A DNA stretch of 64,000 nt from Tubiluchus corallicola (lineage: Eukaryota; Animalia; Priapulida), in the NCBI GenBank assembly GCA_030141605.1, contig JAQGDQ010000206.1:310001-374000 (forward strand), in the 5' to 3' direction. The position numbers and the translations under genes are program-made. The number at the start of each line of letters is the position of its first letter. The stretch's first letter is position 1. The notes below the pieces were generated by a model. The model was not told where the DNA came from and ran no database searches. It worked only from the letters and a program-made list of their open reading frames with translations. Shown here piece after piece: positions 27,425 to 39,601 of the stretch.

Positions 27425-27646
27425 GTATGGGTGATGAAACAATGAGCCAACGTAGGGACTCGCTACCTGGCGGTCTTGATTACAAGCGCGGGATGTCCGG
27501 TATGTCGCCGTACAACCAGTACTACAACACGCTGGGTCAGAGTTCGCTGGGCGGAATGGCCGGCAGTCCTGGACCGATCAGCATGATTCCCCCCAATCAG
27601 TCGCTGTCGCCTCCGCTGTCTGGTTCCTCTTCTAACCTGAGTCTGG
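27425..27646 (+). CDS. pum: pumilio coding exon
   Basis: RRDSL...YYNTLG...SPGPI..PNQSLSPPLS..SNLSLG conserved with PUM1/2; phase 1-1. Confidence 0.93.
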
Positions 27647-27796
27647 GTGAGTTGTGGGAATGTTTCAAACTTCAGTTCTTTTTCGTTTCTTTATGTTAAT
27701 CATCTGCTAAGCAGCAGCATCTAATTTTAATTAGTTTGGAAACTTGGCTGTTTCGTTGCCGAGTAGCAGGGTGGTGCGAGTAAATATTTTAAATAC

Positions 27797-28302
27797 AGTA
27801 GTACCTCTGTTTTCAACCATAATTAGTTCCTAAAAAGTGTTTGAAAACCGATTTGGTTGAGAACCGAATCATTTATTCCCATAAGAAATAATGTAAAAGC
27901 AAATCATCTGTTCTCAAGCACCAAATGAACTGTAAAGTGTTACTAAAGCAAGGTACAATAATGCAAAAATGTTTATTCAAGCAGTAGATGTGATATAATT
28001 GATAAGAAAAACATAATAGAATAAATTTGAAAGAAAAACATAATTGTTCCTGCATGAAAAAAGTGGAGAAAGCATTTAGCGATATTAGGCAATTCAAATG
28101 TTGTGCGTGACTACTCTTGGGTGCGGTCGGTTACGCTTAGCTCTACTCGGCTCACCGCGCATGCGTTCTTCACATGTTTGGCGGTTGGTCGAGTACCGAA
28201 ATTCTGGTCGAGAACGGAGACAATTTCAGCTCGAATTTTCTGGTCGAAAACCGATTTGTACGAGTACGGAGACTTATGACAACAGATGACCTTGTATGAC
28301 TG
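27797..28302. mobile_element. Tigger-like MITE (degenerate)
   Basis: TA|CAGTAGTACCTCTGTT ... AACAGA...ACTG|TA. Confidence 0.55.
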
Positions 28303-29739
28303 TATATCCTAACTAGTCAAACCTGTTTTACCCCCTTACTTTTGAAATGCAAGAAAAGTTGGCACTGGGCGAGTTTAGTATTAGGCTGGCCACAAAAAAG
28401 TTTACAAGGCAGTTTTGACTAGCTATACGCGATGCATAAGCATAAATGTCAGTACAATGGAGGAATTTTTTGCCAAAATAAAAATGTTAAAGGCATCATC
28501 TAAGCTCTTCAAATGTGAGCAACTTTGAAAGCTACGTAGTCTGGCCACAAAAAATTTCTTCTGTCTTAGTCACGAGCTCAAAAGATGTCAGTACGGATGA
28601 AGGAGATTTGTGAGTGTTTAAATTCGGTTGAAATCAAAGTTTGTTTATTTCCCGCTGGTTAGCAGTGATGGTCTATGTTTGGGTACTAAGCGAGATTGGC
28701 CTTATAAATGAGGACATCGCAACGAGGTTTGACCTTTTTCACAAAATAAAAATTAGGATAAATTTGTAATTGTAACAAAAAGCTATGAACTATGAATTTT
28801 ATTTCACTCATCAAAAAATACAATATCAAAAATTAATAAAGTTTAAATAAAATAATTTGAGTAGTTCGAGGTGAATATAGGACCATACGGTTATTAACAC
28901 ACTCAACTTACTTAAATGAAAAAATTGTTATAATTCCAGCAGTTTTAATAAAATTTCGTACTGATGATGATTAAGTTTAGGTAATTGACATGAACATCCT
29001 ACATAAAATGTGAATTCAGATGTATTATAAATTAAATATAAGGACCGCAAGGTTAAGTCTATAGTTAATGCGTTAGGAATCTTTATTACAGTATAAGGGC
29101 CTTATCGCGTTGGCTGCAAGATCGATTGATTATGTTTCTCTATAATGGACCTTAAAATGAATTGGAATAATCTATTATTTCACAACTTGTTAAGTGCTTT
29201 TTGGTTAGGGCTGGCATACTACACGGTACATAAAACATAAATCTTCGGCTTTTGTAGAGTAAAGGGCCCCACTAACAATTTTGTAATTGCCCCCCGCACT
29301 TCTTAGCACGGGTCCTTGTCTGCCTTTGCAGCATCTTGATGTATGTATTTACTTTATTCGACTTTGTCGTGTACTTACATGTACTTTCGAAACATCTACT
29401 TTCGTTTACTTAAATAAATAAATTTTCATTTGCTCCATTTCTACCAAATGTCTGAAATTTCATTTGTTCCTTTTCGTGTATTGAATAGCTGTCGTTATTT
29501 TATTTCGTTAGTGTATTGTGTAGCAAACACTGATTCATATTTTTATTTGGTGTGGAGGTGCATCCGATTCTACTTACCTTTACGAATGCCAAAGTGTCCT
29601 TGTATCAGTACCACAAGTACAAGAATGTTCGCCATATAAACGGTGCAGCTACAGATGTGCAAGAAAATGCACGTTGTTGACAACGTCGACATCGGCGATA
29701 TTGTGAGTTGTGATGAATACGAATGATCTTGTTTTTCAG

Positions 29740-29875
29740 GTGGTTTGAGCAACGGCAGCCGTCTGATCTCAGCTGCGCCTGGTGCCGAAGCGAAATATCG
29801 TAACGGATCCGTGTCGAATGGCCTCTTTAGCAACAGCGGCAGCACGTTATTTCCTACAAACAGAATTGGACGAAG
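29740..29875 (+). CDS. pum: pumilio coding exon
   Basis: [21 protein letters not shown] matches PUM1 [22 protein letters not shown]; phase 1-2. Confidence 0.95.
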
Positions 29876-29943
29876 GTACGACTTTAGCACTTATTCCTAA
29901 TAGTTCTTACTAGCGTGGTGTCACGCGAATTTAACGTAATGGT

Positions 29944-30354
29944 TGTCATGAAGTTCGCGCTTCACGATTTACCTGAGGTAACGAAGCCAAGGTGAATTAT
30001 TTTACATGTAGCTGTAGGAACTGTTTTGAGGAGTAACCTAGTTAAGATAGAGGAAGTTGTTGTGTTGATATGAAAGACACAAAATGTTTATTGCACCTTC
30101 TGGAGAAAATAAATTGAGCATTATGGTAATAGGAAAAGTTCTTGTTTTTAGTGTTACCGTGATTTCAAAAGTCACTACAATTGGTCCCAAAACCCGGGAT
30201 TGAACCAGGGACCTTCAGATTGTCGTGGTGACTTTTTGTAGTGATGGTAATACTAAGAACTAGAACTTTTTCTATAGTTCCTACAGCTATTCATAAATTA
30301 ATTCACATTGGTTTCCTTACGGCACGTGAATCATGAAACCCAAACTTCGTGACA
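29944..30354. mobile_element. palindromic element: LTR-like arm + antisense tRNA-Phe 3' half + inverted LTR-like arm
   Basis: Arms 29944-30179 and 30221-30354 are diverged reverse complements, each TGT...ACA; near-perfect 5-bp flanking repeat ATGGT/AAGGT. Confidence 0.75.
30182..30220 (-). pseudogene. tRNA-Phe(GAA) 3' fragment, positions 38-76 including CCA (extended primer-binding site)
   Basis: Reverse complement ATCTGAAGGTCCCTGGTTCAATCCCGGGTTTTGGGACCA matches the metazoan tRNA-Phe 3' half as I recall it at 35/39 positions. Confidence 0.85.
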
Positions 30355-30777
30355 AAGGTAGTGTAAGTGTGATTTGGTTAGTAAGATGTAATGCAGCACG
30401 AAGCCAGACGCTTAACCTACAGTTACATTTCGTACAGCATAAAAGCTTTTGCAATCTAATGTGCTTGTCAGTAGTTGTAACATATCAATTACATTTTTGT
30501 AATGAATTGATTGGATACAAAGTCGATTGGATAACCAATTACAATTGATTATAGTGCTTTTTTATCAGAAAGAAAGCAGACATGATAAGCAAACATGGGT
30601 AACCTTCATGTCTTACCGGTAGTGCTGGCTCGTTAAGTTATCTGCGGAGGTAGTACCATATTGCTTGTCTCACCACAGTGTCAGTTGTATTTTTGTGGAG
30701 TTTCTGAAAATTACTTTAAGATTGAGTTGGCAATGTAATTGAGTTGTATCATCAGTTGAAAGAAATAATTTCAATTA

Positions 30778-31368
30778 CCGCATATACTTATGTACAAGTC
30801 GAATTTTTGGGAGGCGATTTTAAGGTGAAATTTTTGGTGTCGACTTATACTTACGACATGTTTTTGGGAGATATCGCTAAAGAGTCGTTTACAATGCGAA
30901 TATGTAAAGAAATAATCCTTCATTATACGCTGGACTGAATGAACACTCGCATTGTGATACTTCACATCAGAGAATGTTCGCATCTTGACGTTACTTCACA
31001 TAATTAACATATATTACTGTGATTTATTTTAATGTATGTGAAATTTATATATGTGAAAGTTAAAATTTATATATTACCGGTAAATAAACTAGCGACGGAG
31101 CACTCGATCAGAACATGGAAATCGCCAATGTTGTGCAGGTGCTGCCTCCTGTCAGCTTCCGCAGGAAGTTTTACACTAGCCTTGTATATGCGTGTTTTAT
31201 TAGCAAAATTTCGATTTACTCTGGAAGATCTTAATATTTTATGGTCGACTTGTACACAGATAATATATAAAATGATGCAATTTTTTGTCTTAAAATGCAC
31301 ATCGACTTGTACATAAGGTAGACTTATATATAACTTTATGTAACGGTGTATATACCCCGTATATACGG
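30778..31368. mobile_element. CCG(T/C)ATATAC-terminated MITE related to 57399-57885
   Basis: TA|CCGCATATAC ... GTATATACGG with internal GTCGACTT repeats. Confidence 0.6.
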
Positions 31369-31624
31369 TGAATTAAACCTATTAATTGGTACCAGCACTA
31401 TTGGTGAACATCGTACGTTTGAATTCGGTTCGAGCAAGTTTTTTTAGTTCGAATTTGATTCGAATAATTCAGCACTTCAACTACATACGTTCTTTACCAT
31501 TATAATGTTATAATAATGTTACAAAACGGCTTAACATCTTTAGGATCTTAGCAGTTTTCACTTGTATCTTTTTCGAAGTTTCAGAAGTGACTTTTAAATA
31601 AACCCAACTTGCCGAGTGCCTTTA

Positions 31625-31658
<34 letters not shown>

Positions 31659-31703
31659 ACAATGTGAAAGCAGTGTTTGCAGTTTTTCTCTGCTTTTGTT
31701 TAG

Positions 31704-31841
31704 TTCTGGACTGGGTGATAAGACAAGCAGCGGCAGGAGTCGTCTACTAGAGGACTTCCGCAACAACCGTTATCCAAACCTACAGCTGCGCGACTTACAG
31801 AATCACATTGTGGAGTTTTCACAGGACCAACACGGCTCCAG
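31704..31841 (+). CDS. pum: pumilio exon, start of PUM-HD
   Basis: [37 protein letters not shown]; phase 2-2. Confidence 0.97.
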
Positions 31842-32604
31842 GTAAAGCCCGTTCGCTTGTCGACAGTGCAGTAATCGCTGTTTAATAAAACCACGTATAA
31901 TAAAACCAGTAGCATTTTAGAACCGTTTAGATGCAATTCAGAATTAGTCCAGTAGAAACTATTGCTAAAAGAATTCGGTTGATAAAATGAGCGTACCATT
32001 TAACAAGATCACATTTTTCAGTAGCAAGCAATAAAAACAATAGTAAAATGCAAAAATATTTTTTTTTTGCCCAAAAGCGAAGGACTATCAACACAAACAT
32101 GAAATTAGCATTTCTTGGTAATAATTCTTTCTTATTTATTAGTTTATATGGATTGGAAAACCCGTGTTAGATTTTTATCGACCAGAAATGTTGTTGGGAT
32201 CACCAAAATCCCTCTTTTCAAATGTCGTCGAGAGAAAAAACGGGATCAGGACAAAAAAACTTTCATTTGAGTTTTAACTTTCCACTTTGGCATTCTTGCA
32301 TCGAGGCTAAGAGTTTGATGTATTTATATTTGTTTGATTGGACATGTGTGATTATGTCTCACATAATACAGTACACTTTTGTCTGGGTTTGCCGGACAAA
32401 GACGGAGAGAAGTCGGTTCCGAATTTGCCGATTGTCTCCATTTACCGACACGAAGTTAATACAGTAGGCTCTATGCATTAGGCCCATGGTAATGTAGAAT
32501 CAATCGCCTTATTGTCCCAAAAACATCTGAGTATGGGCCGCTCCCTTCTATGCAAGCTGGTGTCTTTACACGATGCTTGATTTCACTGATGTGATGATGT
32601 AAAC

Positions 32605-33105
32605 CAAGGGTGTGCAAATTGCGGCCCATGGGCCGCTTGCGGAATTGCCGCCAAGAGAATTTGTGCGGTCCGCGAAGAGATTTGTCAATCTAATGAAAGT
32701 GCGGCCCGGGCAATCAATTGAGTATATCCAGCTGAAGTCCATGCCACGATCCCAAAGATAGTGTAGTTTTTTTCTACTAGATCGGATGCCATTAACCCTT
32801 ACAAGACGGTTGTAGCTTAATGTCACTGTACTACACAGACTGTGTGATACACATTACTAATGTGCATTGTAATGAAATTACCACTATCTGTCCTGAAAGT
32901 AGAAATATATGGTTTGTAATATAAATTTTAATAACTTCTAAAATAGTTTCTTGAGTGCAGTAGTAATTATGTACGCAGGTCGGATGCAAAAAAATCGTTA
33001 TTAGGCCTTTCTGTACTTGGCTCTTTGATCAAACTGCCTGTGGCCCGCAGGAATTGCGGGAAAGTTTAATGTGGCCCGGCTAGTCAGATAATTTGCACAC
33101 CCCTG
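32605..33105. mobile_element. hAT-like MITE, copy 1
   Basis: CAAGGGTGTGCAAATT ... AATTTGCACACCCCTG; degenerate 8-bp TSD ATGTAAAC/ATTTAAAT; near-identical to 37042-37524. Confidence 0.85.
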
Positions 33106-33324
33106 ATTTAAATGATTTAAATACCCAAGTGACCACGAGACAAGACAAAACACGTAACTAGCGGTCAGTTCGCGAAGCAACGGAATGTGTCCAAATTTTG
33201 TCCGATTTTTCCAATTTTTCCTCCCCAATTTCTTCCTTTGGCGTAAGTTCCTCCTTTAAGATTTGAAATTGCTTTCTCATCTCCTTGTTTTAAGGTCTGA
33301 TGCATTGTAAATTTTTTACTGCAG

Positions 33325-33592
33325 ATTCATTCAGCAGAAGTTGGAACGTGCCACGCCAGGCGAGAAACAGATGGTGTTCAACGAAATTCTCTCCTCCGCT
33401 TACAGTCTAATGACCGACGTGTTTGGAAACTACGTCATTCAAAAGTTCTTCGAGTTTGGAACGCCGGAACAGAAGCACACGCTTGCCCAGCGCGTGCGCG
33501 GTCACGTTTTGCCGCTGGCTTTGCAAATGTATGGCTGCCGTGTCATTCAGAAAGCTCTGGAGTCTATTCCACCGGAACATGCAGCACTCCGG
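33325..33592 (+). CDS. pum: pumilio exon, PUF repeats 1-3
   Basis: [10 protein letters not shown]...[13 protein letters not shown]...[12 protein letters not shown]; phase 2-0. Confidence 0.97.
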
Positions 33593-33672
33593 GTGAGTGA
33601 GTCGCTATTTTTTTGATACTTTGATTGAAGTAAGCGCTTGAGTTTACACGATTTATACAGCGCTACCTTTAA

Positions 33673-34286
33673 CCCTTTCACTATGCAGTTGCTTTTTACC
33701 TGCCATATTGATTTTTCCACATTTGACAATAAGTTCTTGTGGTGTGTTACTAAAACAGAATCTTGTAAATAAACAAATAGTTGTTCATTATTGAGTACTA
33801 ATATTAAATATTACTTTTATTTCTACACATGCGAGCACACATACATTCACTTACACACGCACACACACGTACGCACGCGCACATCCTCATAAATACGCGT
33901 GTACTTATATTTAGAAACCAGTTTTCATAAAAGACACAATATTAATCCATAATTGTGCAATCATTTTATAAAAATGCTGAACAATCAACTAAACATACAT
34001 TTCATCAACGATCTACGAACGAATGATTTTGCGCGGGAGCATACCATACAGTACAGTATTGTGGGAATGCACCTGGCTTCAGATGCAGATTGGCTGGTTA
34101 GCGTTACTTGTTGCTAAGCAACCTCAATCCCACGGCTGTTAAACTTTTCTACAATGTTCTGCATGGCCGTAGCAGTGAAATAAACAGACCTGGGTGACAG
34201 CGCTTTGTGCTGAGCTCGGGCGGCAGTCTACCGCCTTCCGTCCCCTCCCCTGCATGAAAAACATGTGTGCCCCCATTGTGAAAGGG
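33673..34286. mobile_element. piggyBac-like MITE (family A, opposite orientation)
   Basis: TTAA|CCCTTTCAC ... GTGAAAGGG|TTAA; interior is the reverse complement of 24668-25272. Confidence 0.88.
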
Positions 34287-34782
34287 TTAATATGCAGAGG
34301 ATGCTCTTAAAAAACTGTAGAATAATTCATGAGAGTGATTATTTATTCGTGCAGAAATGTTCAACTTGAAATTTGTGGTAAGCTAATTTGAAGAGCTCCA
34401 ATCACCCCGTGAAATCTCTCATTGTTCAGGATAAATTTTCATTATTTAGATTTAGTATTTTTGCAGTTATTACAAGTGCACAAATACTGAGGATTATAGA
34501 ACCCTGTTATTGTTGCTTAACGTAGAAAAGCTGCTTGTCAAAGTAATCCATTTCTGCTGTTTTGATTATCAATTCTGTATATATATACTTTGTAATTTTC
34601 CGTGTATGCAAAAATGTGGCTTACAAATCACCTTAGGCTTTGTAATATGAACAAATACAAAATACATTTATAAAAAAGACAGCATGTAAGTGCTGTAAGT
34701 TTTTAAGATGACTTTTTTAAGCTTTATTTGTGAAGGGTGTTTTCTTGTGCTTTAGTATTTTGTATTTTTGTTCGTTCCTTAA

Positions 34783-35237
34783 CCCTTTCAGTCCCAAATT
34801 ATTTTTTTAATAAGAGGAAATTTTTTGGCTTGGTACTTTTGTTCAGTATGTCCATCTTGTTTACGCATAATTATTTTTTCTACCTGTGCCCGCGTGCTAA
34901 ATATAGCCTGTATCCCACGGGATACATTGGGATTCAATGGAAGCATAAAGTGTGCTCCATTTTGCAACTGCTGATAATTTTTTAAAGTATTTAAGACATT
35001 TAGTATGCATGCTATGCTGATCTGTACAAAGTCGTCTCTAAAGTACTGTACCTTGCGCAGTTTTTATGCTATGTAGATTTTCTAGTTTGCCATTTTATCA
35101 CCATTTTTAGTCTATTGTTATTGGCTTAAATCAAAATAACTATTGACAGATCAAATAACTGTCATTTTTAAAATTCTGTTGATTTTAAAGGCAGAAAAGA
35201 TTCTCATATCCCGCGAAATACAACGGGTATGAAAGGG
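34783..35237. mobile_element. piggyBac-like MITE (family B)
   Basis: TTAA|CCCTTTCAGTCCC ... GGGTATGAAAGGG|TTAA. Confidence 0.8.
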
Positions 35238-35336
35238 TTAATTGATTTAAACTTATAACATCTGTATGCGTAAGCAGTAATTTAGCTTTTTTCACAAGTT
35301 TGTATTCAGCTGAGTGTTCTGCATTGCATCGTAATA

Positions 35337-35843
35337 CAGTGGCCGCCGCTTATTATGGACACGGTTATTGTGGACAGCCGGTTATTGTGGACAACTCGCG
35401 AGGGACGGAATTTTCCCCTAATAAAATCCGCCGGTTAATATGGACAACCGCCGCTTAATATGGACAGCGAACCTATAACGTAAGGTCATATAACGTGAAC
35501 CAGCCGTGCCAACCACGGCCTGCGCGCGTGGTTGAAAAGAGCTTCCCGCTCTGCTGCCTGTGTGAGTCATTGCATCAGTCAGTTCGCCGTTTGCCGTGGC
35601 CTTGAGAGCTTCGAAACTGTGATAACTTCCTTGCGTTCAAGGTTGAGAGAAAAGTTTCCTGCCAAACAAACTCGTCTGACTTCTTTTTTTCAATAAAACA
35701 GGAGACGAGTTGATACAGACAGTTTTTTGCCTTTTTTAATGAAGGGGAAGGGTCTTCATGGGTCACTTCGCTTAATATGGACAGCCGCTTAATATGGACA
35801 TACACTGCTGGCCCGACGTGTCCACAATAAGCGGCGGCCACTG
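35337..35843. mobile_element. pogo/Tigger-like MITE, young
   Basis: TA|CAGTGGCCGCCGCTTATTATGGACAC ... GTGTCCACAATAAGCGGCGGCCACTG|TA. Confidence 0.92.
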
Positions 35844-36083
35844 TAACAATAACTTTACTGCTGTGTGGCTGGCACAAACTTGACCTATAATGGTTCCACT
35901 GAATTTTGCTCACCCTTTCCTAGGCTGTTATTTTCTTTGCCCGTGAATAAAAGCGTCGGATTCGTAGTAAGGAGAAGCGCGTACGTAAAACAAAAACGAA
36001 TTATTTACTACTAAGAGTTTTTGTAAAGTTGGGACGTGGATGTGTTTTCTACTAAATGTCAAAATCACTTTACTTTTTTTTAG

Positions 36084-36221
36084 GCGGAGTTGGTGAAGGA
36101 ACTGGATGGCCACGTGTTAAAATGTGTCAAAGACCAGAACGGTAACCACGTCGTGCAGAAGTGCATCGAATGCGTGGAACCCACAGCCCTACAGTTCATT
36201 ATAAATGCTTTCTCTGGGCAG
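36084..36221 (+). CDS. pum: pumilio exon, PUF repeat 4
   Basis: [24 protein letters not shown]; phase 0-0. Confidence 0.97.
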
Positions 36222-36290
36222 GTATGTATCACCTGACATTTCTTGATCACCCATTTGGTTTAATTAGCTTTTTGTGTATCATTGTTTATG

Positions 36291-36517
36291 TGAAAGCTTT
36301 GTTGCAACATTATTGAAAGCTTTGTTGCAACATTGTTGAAAGCCTTGTTGCAACGTTATTATGGAAATCTTGTTGCAACATTATTGAAAGCCTTGTTGCA
36401 ACATTATTGAAAGCTTTGTTGCAATATTATTGAAAGCCTTATTGCAGCATTCATGAAAGCATAGTTGCAATATTATTGAAAGATACGTTGCAATATTATT
36501 GAAAGCCTTGTTGCAAC
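36291..36517. repeat. ~23-bp minisatellite
   Basis: Unit TTATTGAAAGCCTTGTTGCAACA. Confidence 0.9.
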
Positions 36518-36690
36518 AGTTTTAACGATTCACCGTAGTCTAAATTAGCCGTAGTTGAGTGAATAGGTTTTCTGTATTCACAAAGAACAGATAATTAGAC
36601 ACTTAACGTAAGCATCGTACAATTAGATTATCTGTGCAGAGTCTAAGAGACTAGCATTTAGTTTGAATTTTCTATTATTGTCATTGCTAG

Positions 36691-36938
36691 GTGTTTGCCC
36701 TGTCCACCCATCCGTATGGTTGCCGAGTCATTCAGCGCATCCTGGAACATTGCACGCCCGAGCAGACTACGCCCATTTTGGAAGAGCTTCACACGAACAC
36801 GGAGAAGTTGGTGCAGGACCAGTACGGCAACTACGTGATCCAGCACGTTTTGGAGCACGGCAGACCGGAGGATAAGAGCAAGATCGTGACGGAGCTGCGC
36901 GGAAAAGTCCTGGTGCTGAGCCAGCATAAATTTGCCAG
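36691..36938 (+). CDS. pum: pumilio exon, PUF repeats 5-7
   Basis: [18 protein letters not shown]...[14 protein letters not shown]...LSQHKFA; phase 0-2. Confidence 0.97.
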
Positions 36939-37041
36939 GTGCGTGAAAATATTTAGGCAAACATTCGTAAGCAAACCACTTTTGAAGAAATACCAAATTG
37001 ATTTGACCTTTTTCTTTTCATTGTGAAGGTATAGTTTAGGC

Positions 37042-37524
37042 CAGGGGTGCGCAGATTGCGGCCCGACGAGAGAATTTGTGCGGCCCGCGAAGAGATTTGT
37101 CAACCTAATGCAAGTGCGGCCCGGGCGATTAATTGAGTGTATCCAGCTGAAGTCCCTGCCACGATCCCAAAGATAGTGCGGGTTGTTTTTTCTTCTAGAT
37201 CGGATGCCATTAACCCTTACAAGACGGTTGTAGCTTAATGTCACTGTACTACTCAGACTATGTGATACACATTACTAATATGCATTGTAATGAAATTACC
37301 GCTATCTGTCCTGAAAGCAGAAATATATGGTTTGTAATATAAATTTTAGTAACTTCTAAAATAGTTTCTTGAGTGTAGTAGTAATGATGTACGCAGGTCG
37401 GATGCAAAAAAAATCGTTATTAGGCCTTTCTGTACTTGGCTCCTTGATCAAACTGCCTGTGGCCCGCAGGAATTGCGGGAAAGTTTAATATGGCCCGGCT
37501 GGTCATATAATTTGCACACCCCTG
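37042..37524. mobile_element. hAT-like MITE, copy 2
   Basis: CAGGGGTGCGCAGATT ... AATTTGCACACCCCTG with perfect 8-bp TSD GTTTAGGC. Confidence 0.92.
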
Positions 37525-37622
37525 GTTTAGGCTTTGTGAAGGTATATTTTAGGATTTGTGTTTTGAACAGTATTTGACCTAATGGCATTTCTGTAAGCTA
37601 TACTTTCAAAACGAGAACAAAT

Positions 37623-38820
37623 ACAGTAGGTGCTGTTTATTAGACTAAACATTTGATAAAATCAGTCGCACAAATGACTCACAACGTCTGGTACGTCCCT
37701 ACTCAAATGTTTATCAAAACTGTCAGCAATTGACTTAGATGACTCAGCATAATTGACTCAATATTTTTGCTTCAGGTACTGAAAATACTGGTCAAAGAGC
37801 TTTTATGCCATTTTTCGTTTTTGTGCTCTATAATGTACTTAGAAACAATCATGTTAACTACCGTTTCGTTCGTAAGCGCGTATGTTTATCATGCGTTGCT
37901 ATGCTAGTGTGGCAGTTTTGCTTTGAATCTGTCATCAACTCGCCTGCTGCAGTTGAGCTCGTAGCTCAAGAATTTATGGAAGCTAAGCTTTTAATCACAT
38001 GCGTAGTGATTTCGGTTTGAAGCTCTTCCTGCGTTTTGCAGAACGTTTAATCAGTTAAAGCAAAGCAGGACGATTTTTCATATACCCACCCCATTTTCAA
38101 GTCTGTCAAAAAGTATACATTTTAACACATTTAATACTGCAAAAGTGTTTCTGATAGTTAAGTAATAAATTAAAGACTTAATTAACAGTGGGCGAGCCCA
38201 ACTATTGATGACATCACAAACTAACATAATTTTCAACAGCAAAAATATTCCACAAACGTGTTGCAGGTGTTTACGAAACTGAAAATTGAAGTACAGAACT
38301 ACTGTGAGATATTCAATGTGTTGTATTAAAACTAGGCAAGTTTTAAAATAAAAATTCAAATTTCATATTTGCCGTTGTACTCGCGCATGAGCTGTCGAAC
38401 GTGTGCAATTCGTCACAAACTAACACATCCGAACTGAGGCGTACAGCATCTGCTTTTTGTGCATTGCGTTTCCGAAATACAGGCTCTAGTGCCCGTCTAA
38501 CTAGGGAATGGCGAAATGCATGTAACAGCAAAGCGCAAAATTGCGTTGGTGTGGTATTATTTCTGCCACGTAAGTCATTTCTGAAAAAACTAGTATGTTT
38601 CCGTTCAGTATTTTAAAGAGTAGATTGTTTTGACGTAGTGTTTAAGATTGGGTCCAGTTTTGCTTTAAGGCTCACATTTAAAGCTTTCACAGCCTTGACA
38701 GTGCATACTAAGAGTGATGACTCACACTTCTTTACCACTAATACTACACCAGCTGGCTAATATATTCGGTCAGTTTAATCACTTCCACGGCAAAGTGAGT
38801 CTATTATGCAGCACCTACTG
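37623..38820. mobile_element. Tigger-like element carrying a nested TTAA-flanked (Kolobok-like) insertion at ~38055-38668
   Basis: Outer TA|CAGTAGGTGCTG ... CAGCACCTACTG|TA; inner TTAAAGCAAAGCAGGAC ... GTCCAGTTTTGCTTTAA; inner family also at ~52670-53280 and inverted at ~11088-11500. Confidence 0.8.
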
Positions 38821-39601
38821 TACTTGGATCAAATTACAAGCTCGATTTGAAGCAAGGCTTGTGGCTCAGAGGTGATGATAATTTTCCCCAACTTATCGAA
38901 TGTGCTGATACTGCGCTAATAATTAACATTGATCTGATCTGAGCTGCTGTGGCTTCAACAAGTATTTACTCCAGCTAATATGTTTAGCTAACTTTGCTTT
39001 ATCTAAAATGTGTTTCCGGCAACAACGCATTTGCGTTGCGTAGTAGAAGGGATTTAGTGGTTTTTTGTTTGGTACCTAAAGTCTTACTTGTCACCCCCTT
39101 TTGCAAATTTTGCCTGTGTAACTACGTAAAGAGTGCACTTAAAAGGTTCACGCTTAAAGATTTTTTAGTTTATTGTAATTTATGTTTAGAGCGTAGAGCC
39201 GTGCTGAGTTTCAGCTGAGCTCCAACCGGTTTATTTCTACGGGCGACCTAGCCGATAAGAAAAACCCAGCGTTAGTCGCGCCAGCTACTCAGTGTTGGGA
39301 GTCGAGCTGGCCCACATTTTCCCTGGCTGCGAAGAGTTTCGCTCTTGCCATATTCACGTGAGACTGCAAATCACTGGTTGAAATATGGCAAATGCAGTGC
39401 CGAATTTGCGATGAGATTGTGCATGTGCTGGCAGAGATACTAAACTTTAGAAGTTTTTGAACGAGAAAGCTGATCAATTCAAAATTAAATAGACAAATAG
39501 GCAACGTTATTCACATGCATGGCATCATTTTGGTGTTTTGGTATTGATTCATCAGTAATCAAGATAATCCTCGCCAAGAGTCGCATTTAAATGATTTGAT
39601 T

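Noticed and set aside
30182-30220. Functional tRNA-Phe gene
   Set aside because: Only positions 38-76 are present (no A box, D arm or anticodon) and CCA is encoded, so it is a reverse-transcribed fragment
32566-37244. Similar ORFs MTLSYNRLVRVNGIRS at two loci
   Set aside because: Both lie in copies of the same non-coding hAT-like MITE
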